Assembly: GCA_903879985.1 (NCBI GenBank)
Contig: CAIRNR010000007.1
Coordinates: 585,925-649,924, forward strand
Length of the DNA stretch: 64,000 bases
Source: an uncultured candidate division WWE3 bacterium
GTDB lineage: Bacteria > Patescibacteriota > WWE3 > UBA101185 > UBA10185
Reading direction: 5' to 3'
Below the pieces are notes generated by a model that worked only from the letters and a program-made list of their open reading frames with translations, made no database searches and was not told where the DNA came from. Both the position numbers and the translations under genes were made by a program. Of this stretch, positions 15,101 to 24,100 are shown in pieces; position 1 is the first letter of the stretch, and each line of letters begins with the position of its first letter.

Positions 15101-18100
15101 TAAAAGAACCTGCAGTTACATCATAAGAATCAATATCCAAATCGTAATTGTTTCCTTGTACTACGGTTGTAGTCGCTTCTAATGTTTGTGTACTACCCAC
15201 ATTATGCGTGAACCCATCGTTATAATTTCCATCCCATGACCATCCTGCTGCTGGTGCAGTTCCGGCTGAAACAATAGACCAATTATCTGCGGATGTAAGC
15301 TCTGTTGTGCCTACATATTTAAAGGATAGGTAAGTGTGACCATCATAATCTGCAGTAGGTGTTAATACCAATGACATATTGTCGGCGCTTGCAGTAAAGG
15401 TGTAGTAGCCTTCTGTGGTAAATGTATGGCTTTCGCTACCCAATGAAACCGTTATGGATCCAGCTGATCTACTTTGAGGATTAATATAAAATTCGTAGCT
15501 ACTGCCAGCTGAAGTTGGCACAGTAAATGTTAATGGGTTTGTTAAACCAATTGTGTGCGTAAAGTAACTGTAAACACTTCCGGTCCAACCTGGTTGTTCG
15601 GTCCAACCCGTATCATCAATAAGGTCTGCGCCAATTGATTTTACGGAAATGTTTGAAATGGTCCCGTTAAAGTCGTTAGTTGGTTTAAATATTAGAGCAC
15701 CGTTATCTGCAGTGGCAGTCATTGTGAAATTATCGGAGCCTGTAAATCCTGTTGTAGTGTGTCCGCCCAATTCTACGTCGAAGGATCCTGATGTTCTTCC
15801 TGCAACTGTAAATGATACTTGGTATGACACACCAGATGAGACGGACATGGTTCTAGATAGTGTAGTGTTACCTGTTGTGTGAGCAAATCCTGTTGCGTAG
15901 TCTCCGGTCCAACCTGAACTTAATGTCCAGTTATTTTCGTTAACAAGTTCATCACCTAATACTGGGGTTGCACTTTCTATATCTGCTGTTGAAGCTAAAG
16001 TAAGTTTTGATGTTGGGTTTGTAGTTCCAATACCAACATTACCACTGGCGTTTACAAATAATCCGCCTGGGTTAGAACCGCCCTTAAGCCATGTTGTTCC
16101 GGCTACGTCTAAGTTGGCTGATGGAGTGGATGTGCCAATACCCAAAGAGCTTGTGTTTTTATCGTAGAATAAGTTTTTGCTTCCGGTTGTAGAGTAGGTA
16201 TCATTCCAGAACAAAACTTGTCCTGCAATACCTGATCCTGAAACAACACCTGAAATTCCGGTTACTGTGTCACATTTCCAAACAGAGTTTATGGCGTCCC
16301 AAATTAAGATTTGGCTTGCTGAACAACCGCCTAATAATTTAAGTCCGTCGGCTGTTAATTCCATACCAGAATTACTTGATGTTGTTGATGTTGTTCCGGA
16401 TGTAGCAAGTTTAACGTCAATGTTACTGGCGTTAACTGAAATACCAGAACCTGCGCCGATTGCCATTGAGAAAGATCCGTTTGAACCTCCGCCGATAAGT
16501 CCTGAACCGGCTGTTACGGCTGTAGTTGCGTAGTTGCCGATGTTATTTGAATCCATTAATGTTCCTGATCTACCTGATAACAAATTAAGTTCTGTGGCTG
16601 TAGCTACAACTTGTGCACCACCAATAAAGAAGTTTGTGAAGTTAGCTGAACCTGCAACGTCGAGTTGATAGGCTGGGGCAGTTGTACCGATTCCAAGTTT
16701 TGCTGTTGCGTTATTCCAGTAAAGATTGTTGGAACTTGTTATTGTGCTTAAGCCGTTCCAGAATGTTAATTGGCCATTAACACCTGATCCTGATACTGAG
16801 CCATCAACGCCTGCTACTGAAGTGCATCTCCAAAGTGAAGCACCAAGATCCCAAGCTAATACTTGATTATTACCGCAACCGCCTAAAAGTCTTAATCCAT
16901 CTGCGGCTACTTCTAAACCTGAATTACCTGATGTAGAAGCTGTTGCACCTGCGGTGATTGCGTCGATTGTTATATCGTCTGCACTGATTGTGATACCGGA
17001 ACCTGCACCAATGTTTAAGGTTACGGCTCCGTTTGAACCACCGCCGATAAGTCCATTACCTGCGATTACTGATGTTGTGGCGTACATACCAAGGTTGTTG
17101 GTGTCGATTAATGAACCTGAGCGGCCTGTTAATAAGTTGATTTCACTGGTTGATGCAGTAGCACCAGAGAGTTTGTTAAGTTCTGTTGCTGTTGCAATAA
17201 CTTGTGAACCGCCAATGAATAGGTTGGTTGAGTTGATAGAGCCGGCGACTTCAAATTGGTAGGCTGGGTTGGTAGTGCCAATGCCTAGTTTTCCGGTTGC
17301 GTTATTCCAGAAAAGACTGTTTGATCCTGTTACGGAGTTTAGGCCATCCCAGAATGTTAATTGTCCTGCAACGCCAGAACCAGACACGTTACCTGTGCCT
17401 GCGCCGATTCCTGTAACTGAGTTACATTTCCAAGCGGCGTTTACGTTATCCCATGAGAGTATTTGGTTATTACTACAGCCACCAATCATTCTGAGTCCGT
17501 TGGCGGTTAGTTCTAAGCCAGAGTTAGATGATGTTACTGCTGTGTTACCTGAATTAGTAATTGCGATATCAATGTTATCTGAGTTAACTGTAATGCCTGA
17601 ACCTGCGCCGATGTTCATTGTTAGCGATCCGTTTGAACCACCGCCAAGTAAACCACTTCCGGCTGTTACTGCGGTTGTTACGTAATTAGTTGCGTTGTTT
17701 GTATCGAGTAGGGTACCGGTACGGCCAGTAAGTAAGTTGATTTCGGTTGTTGAAGCGGTAGCGCCTGAAAGTTTGTTAAGTTCGTTGGCAGTTGCAATAA
17801 CCTGTGTGCCACCGATGAACAAGTTGGTTGAGTTGATACTGCCTGCTACGTCTAGTTGATATGCTGGAGCGGTTGTACCGATACCTAATTTTCCAGATGC
17901 GTTATTCCAGAATAAGTTGTTATTTCCGATTACAGAATTTACTCCATTCCAGAAAGTTAGTTGTCCTACGGCACCTGATCCTGAAACGACGCCACCGATT
18001 CCTGTAACTGTACTGCATTTCCAAGTAGCTGAAACGTTGTCCCAAGCTAATACTTGATTAGATGAGCAACCACCTAACATTCTTACGCCACCGGCTGTTA

Positions 18101-21100
18101 ACTCTAAACCGGAATTGCTTGATGTAGCTGTTGTAGCTCCGGTTGAGGAAAGATTGATCTCAATATTGTCGGCGTTTGCTGTGATTCCGGAACCTCCGAC
18201 TACATTAATTGATAAAGCACCGTTTGAACCACCGCCGATTACACCGTTACCTGCGGTAACTGCTGTTGTAACGTAGTTAGTTGCATTGTTTGAATCGAGT
18301 AGTGTACCTGTACGGCCTGTTAATAAATTAATTTCAGTAGTTGATGCTGTAGCGCCTGAAAGTTTATTTAATTCTGTAGCAGTTGCTAGTACTTGAGTGC
18401 CACCAATGAACAAGTTGGTTGAGTTGATAGATCCTGCTACATCTAATTGGTAAGCTGGAGCAGTTGTACCGATACCTAATTTACCTGTGGAGTTATTCCA
18501 GAATAGGTTACTTGAACCGATTACAGAGTTTAAACCATTCCAGAAAGTTAATTGACCGGAAACACCAGAGCCTGAGACGTTACCTGTGCCTGCACCAATT
18601 CCTGTGACTGAACTACATTTCCAAGCGGCGGCACTACTATCCCACGAAAGAACTTGATTAGAAGAGCATCCGCCGATTAATTTGACTCCACCAGATGTTA
18701 ATTCCATACCTGAGTTACTTGATGTTGTAGAAGTTGTTCCTGATGTAGCAAGAGCTAATTCAATGTTGTCGGCGTTAACTGTAATTCCGGAGCCACCAAC
18801 GACATTTAATGTTAATGAACCAACGGAACCACCACCTGTTAAACCATTTCCTGCAGCAACTCCTGTTGTTGCGTAGCTAGCGACGTTGTTTGTATCAAGT
18901 AAAGTCCCTGATCGACCTTTGGTTAAACTAAGTTCCGCGGCACTGGCAGTAACTGCTGATCCACCGATGAATAGGGTAGACATGTTAGCAGAACCGGCTA
19001 CTTCTAATTGATAACCTGGGTTTGTGGTTCCAATACCAACTTTTCCTTGTACTAATAATCCGTTGGCAATTCCATTTCCTTCTTCATATGCTGCTGCGGT
19101 ACCAATATTTAATCCACCGTTGTTGCTCCATTTTCCAACTGAGCTTCCGTTTACAAAGAATTCCATACCATAGTTATTTTCGACACCAGATAAACCGATA
19201 CCTGCTGAAATATCGGCAGAGTTTGTTATGGACAATATAGAAGTATCCATATTGCCTTTAGCAGTTAAGACGCTGCTTGGTGATGAAGTGCCAATACCTA
19301 ATTTACCAGTGGAGTTGTTCCAGAATAGATTGTTACTACCTGTTGTGGAGTTTAAACCATTCCAGAATGCAACTTGTCCGGCAACTCCAGAACCCGACAT
19401 AACACCTGAGATTCCTGTAACTGTACTGCATTTCCATGTTGATGAAACGTTATCCCAAGAAAGAACTTGGTTTACTGAACATCCACCTAACATTCTTAAG
19501 CCACCTGCGGTTATTTCTAAACCTGAGTTAGAAGATGCTGATGAGGTAGCACCTGTTGAAGAAAGTGCGATTTCGATGTTGTTGGCATTAGCTGTAATAC
19601 CAGAACCTCCGACTACGTTAATAGTTAATGAGCCGTTTGAACCACCGCCGATAAGACCATTTCCTGCGGTTACTGCTGTGGTTGTGTAATTGGCGACATT
19701 GTTTGAATCCATTAATGTGCCTGTGCGACCTGTTAACAAATTAATTTCAGTGGTTGATGCAGTAGCACCAGAAAGTTTGTTAAGTTCTGTAGCAGTTGCA
19801 ATAACTTGAGTGCCACCGATGAACAAGTTGGTTGAATTGATGCTGCCTGCAACGTCAAGTTGATATGTTGGAGCAGTTGTACCAATACCTAATTTTCCAG
19901 TGGCATTGTTCCAGAACAAACTGTTAGATCCGATTACTGTGTTTAAGCCATTCCAGAAAGTAAGTTGTCCAGCAACACCAGAACCTGAAACATTACCTGT
20001 GCCAGCGCCAATTCCGGTTACTGAATTACATTTCCATGTGGAGTTAACACTATCCCAAGAGAGAACTTGATTAGATGAGCATCCGCCTAATAATCTCAAA
20101 CCAGAAGCTGTTAATTCCATACCAGAATTACTTGATGTTACAGAAGTTGTTCCTGTTGAGGTTAAGTTGATTTCAATATTGTTTGCGTTGGCTGTAATTC
20201 CGGAACCTCCAACTACGTCAATTGTTAGCGCTCCGTTTGAACCACCGCCGATTAAGCCATTTCCTGCTGCTACTGCTGTAGTAACGTGATTTGATGCATT
20301 ATTTGTATCTAGTAATGTTCCTGTACGACCTGTTAATAAGTTAATTTCAGTGGTTGATGCTGTAGCGCCAGAAAGTTTGTTTAGCTCTGCTGCTGTAGCA
20401 ATAACTTGTGAACCGCCGATAAATAAGTTTGTTGAGTTAATAGAACCTGCGACATCGAGTTGATAGGCTGGAGCGGTGGTGCCGATTCCAAGTTTTCCGG
20501 TTGAGTTATTCCAGAAAAAGTTGTTACTTCCTGTTGTGGCATTTAAACCGTTCCAGAATGCAACTTGTCCTGCAACGCCGGAACCTGACACGACTCCGCC
20601 GATTCCTGTGACGGTACTGCATTTCCATGTTGATGAAACGTTATCCCAAGCTAATACTTGGTTTACCGAACAACCGCCAAGTAATCTCAAACCACCGGCT
20701 GTTAATTCCATACCTGAGTTAGAAGATGTAGCTGATGTAGTTCCGGTTGTGGAAAGAGCTAAGTCGATACCATCGGCGCTAACTGTAATTCCGGAACCGC
20801 CACCAATGTTTAATGTTACTGATCCGTTTGAGCCGCCGCCTAGTAAACCGTTACCTGCTGCAACTGCTGTTGTTGCATAAGAGTTGACGTTGTTTGTATC
20901 AAGCAAAGTTCCGGATCTGCCTTTGGTTAAACTTAATTCAGTTGCGTTAGCAGTTACTGCTGAACCGCCAATGAATAGGGTAGACATGTTAGCAGAACCG
21001 GCAACTTCTAATTGGTAACCTGGGTTTGTAGTTCCGATTCCAACATTTGAACCACTTTGGAATAGGGTAGAGTTTTTAATTGTGTAGCTGCCGTTAAACA

Positions 21101-24100
21101 TTGAAAGGTAGCCGGAGTTTCCAGAACCTCCAATGGCTCCTCCGCTGCCTGTACCTACACAGTTTCCTGACGAATCACAGACTTTGTAGCCGTCTTGATA
21201 AATTGTTGTAGCACCCATATCTCCGTTAACAGATAAGTTTCTTGATGGAGCTGTTGTACCGATGCCAAGTTTGTTTCCCGCGTTATCCCAGAATAAATTA
21301 CTGGATCCAATAACGTTGTTAAGTCCATTCCAGAATGTTAGTTGACCAGCAACACCAGAACCTGAAACGTTACCAGTGCCTGCACCAATTCCTGTAACTG
21401 CTGTGCATTTCCAAGCAGAATTTACACTATCCCAAGCTAATACTTGATTAGAAGAACAACCGCCGAGCATTCTTAAGCCACCTGCTGTTATTTCTAAACC
21501 TGAGTTAGAAGATGTTGATGAGGTAGTACCAGTTGAGGAAAGTGCGATTTCAATATTGTTTGCGTTAGCTGTGATACCGGAACCTCCAACTACGTCTATT
21601 GTTAATGATCCGTTTGAGCCACCGCCGATTAAGCCATTTCCGGCTGCTACTGCTGTAGTAACGTGACTTGATGCATTGTTAGTATCTAGTAAGGTTCCTG
21701 TGCGGCCTGTTAATAAGTTGATTTCAGTGGTTGATGCTGTAGCACCAGAAAGTTTGTTAAGTTCTGTTGCTGTAGCGATAACCTGTGAACCACCGATAAA
21801 TAAGTTTGTACTATTAATAGAACCTGCGACATCCATTTGGTAGGCTGGAGCAGTTGTACCGATACCTAATTTTCCTGTGGCGTTATTCCAGAATAAGTTA
21901 TTGTTTCCAATTACAGTATTTAAACCATTCCAAAATGTTAATTGACCAGATACGCCAGACCCCGAAACGTTACCAGTACCGGCACCAATACCTGTGACTG
22001 AATTACATTTCCATGTGGAGTTACCACTATCCCAAGATAAGACTTGGTTAGAAGAGCAACCGCCCAAAAGTTTAAGTCCGTTAGCGGTAAGTTCCATACC
22101 TGAATTACTTGATGTTGTAGCAGTTGTACCTGATGTGGCAAGTATAAGATCAATGTTATCGGCGTTAACTGAAATACCAGAACCTGCGCCGATGTTTAAT
22201 GTTACTGATCCGTTTGATCCGCCGCCCAGTAAGCCATTGCCTGCAGCAACTGCTGTTGTTGCGTAGTTTGCAATATTATTAGTATCAACTAAAGTTCCTG
22301 TTCGACCTGTTAATAAGTTGATTTCTGTTGTAGAAGCGGTAGCTCCTGAGAGTTTGTTTAATTCGTTAGCAGTTGCAATAACTTGTGTGCCACCAATGAA
22401 GATATTAGTTGCATTGATAGATCCTGCTACATCTACCTGATAACCTGGGTTGGTTGTACCGATACCAAGTTTACTTGCGGTGTTGTTCCAGAAGAGGTTA
22501 CTTGAACCGATAACAGAGTTTAAACCATTCCAGAAAGTTAGTTGTCCTGCAACGCCAGAGCCTGAAACGTTACCAGTACCGGCGCCAATGCCTGTGACTG
22601 AGTTACATTTCCATGCTGAGTTAACGCTATCCCATGAAAGTACTTGGTTAGAAGAGCATCCGCCTAACATTCTAAGTCCGCCTGCGGTTAGTTCTAAACC
22701 AGAATTAGAGGATGTACTTGTAGATGTACCGGTGGAAGATAATCTAATCTCAAGGTTATCTGCGTTGGCCGTAATACCAGAACCTCCGGCTACATTAATA
22801 GTTAATGATCCGTTTGAGCCACCGCCGATAAGTCCGTTACCTGCCGCCACTGCTGTGGTTGTGTAGTTAGCTGCGTTGTTTGTATCTAATAGAGTACCTG
22901 TTCTTCCGGTTAAGAGATTAATTTCTGTGGTAGAAGCAGTAGCTCCTGAGAGTTTATTTAATTCTGCGGAAGTTGCCAAAACTTGAGTTCCCGCCAAAAA
23001 CAGGTTGGTCATGTTTGCGGAACCTGAGACATCTAATTGGTAAGAAGGAGCAGTTGTACCGATACCAAGTTTTCCAGTTGCATTGTTCCAGAACAAGTTG
23101 TTTGATCCTATTACATTGTTAATGCCATTCCAGAAAGTTACTTGGCCTGCAACGCCAGAACCTGAAACATTACCTGTACCCGCGCCAATGCCGGTAACAG
23201 AGTTGCATTTCCATGTAGAGTTAACACTATCCCAAGATAAGACTTGGTTGGATGAACAACCTCCGATGAGTTTAACGCCACCTGATGTGATTTCCATACC
23301 TGAGTTAGATGATGTTGTAGAGGTTGTACCTGATGTGGCTAAAGCTAATTCAATGTTGTCGGCGTTAACGGTGATGCCAGAACCTGCACCAATGTTCATT
23401 GTTAGTGAACCATTTGAACCACCACCTGTTAAACCATTACCTGCTGATACTCCTGTTGTTGCGTAGGTTGCGACATTAGCTGTATCTAAAAGTGTTCCTG
23501 TGCGACCTGTTAGTAAGTTAATTTCTGTAGTAGAAGCAGTAGCACCTGAAAGTTTGTTAAGTTCTGTGGCAGTTGCTATAACTCTTGTGCCACCGATAAA
23601 CAGGTTTGTACTATTAATAGAGCCGGCTACATCTAATTGATATGCTGGAGCAGTTGTACCGATACCAAGTTTTCCAGTTGCATTGTTCCAGAACAAACTG
23701 TCAGAACCGATAACGTTGTTGATACCATTCCAAAAAGTTAATTGACCACTAACACCTGAACCTGAAACATTACCAGTTCCTGCACCGATACCTGTAACAG
23801 CTGTGCATTTCCATGTTGCGGTACTACTGTTCCATGCCAAAACTTGATTTGTTAAACAGCCACCAAGTAATCTAACACCACCGGCGGTAAGTTCCAAACC
23901 TGAGTTGGAGGATGTTGCGGAAGTTGTGCCAGAGGATGACAAATTAATTTCAATATTATCTGCGTTTGCCGTAATGCCTGAACCAGAGCCAATGTTAACG
24001 GTTAGCACTCCGTTAGTACCACCACCTGTTAAGCCATTACCTGCTGTTACTCCTGTGGTGGAGTAGGTAGCAACGTTTGCTGTATCAAGTAAGGTTCCAG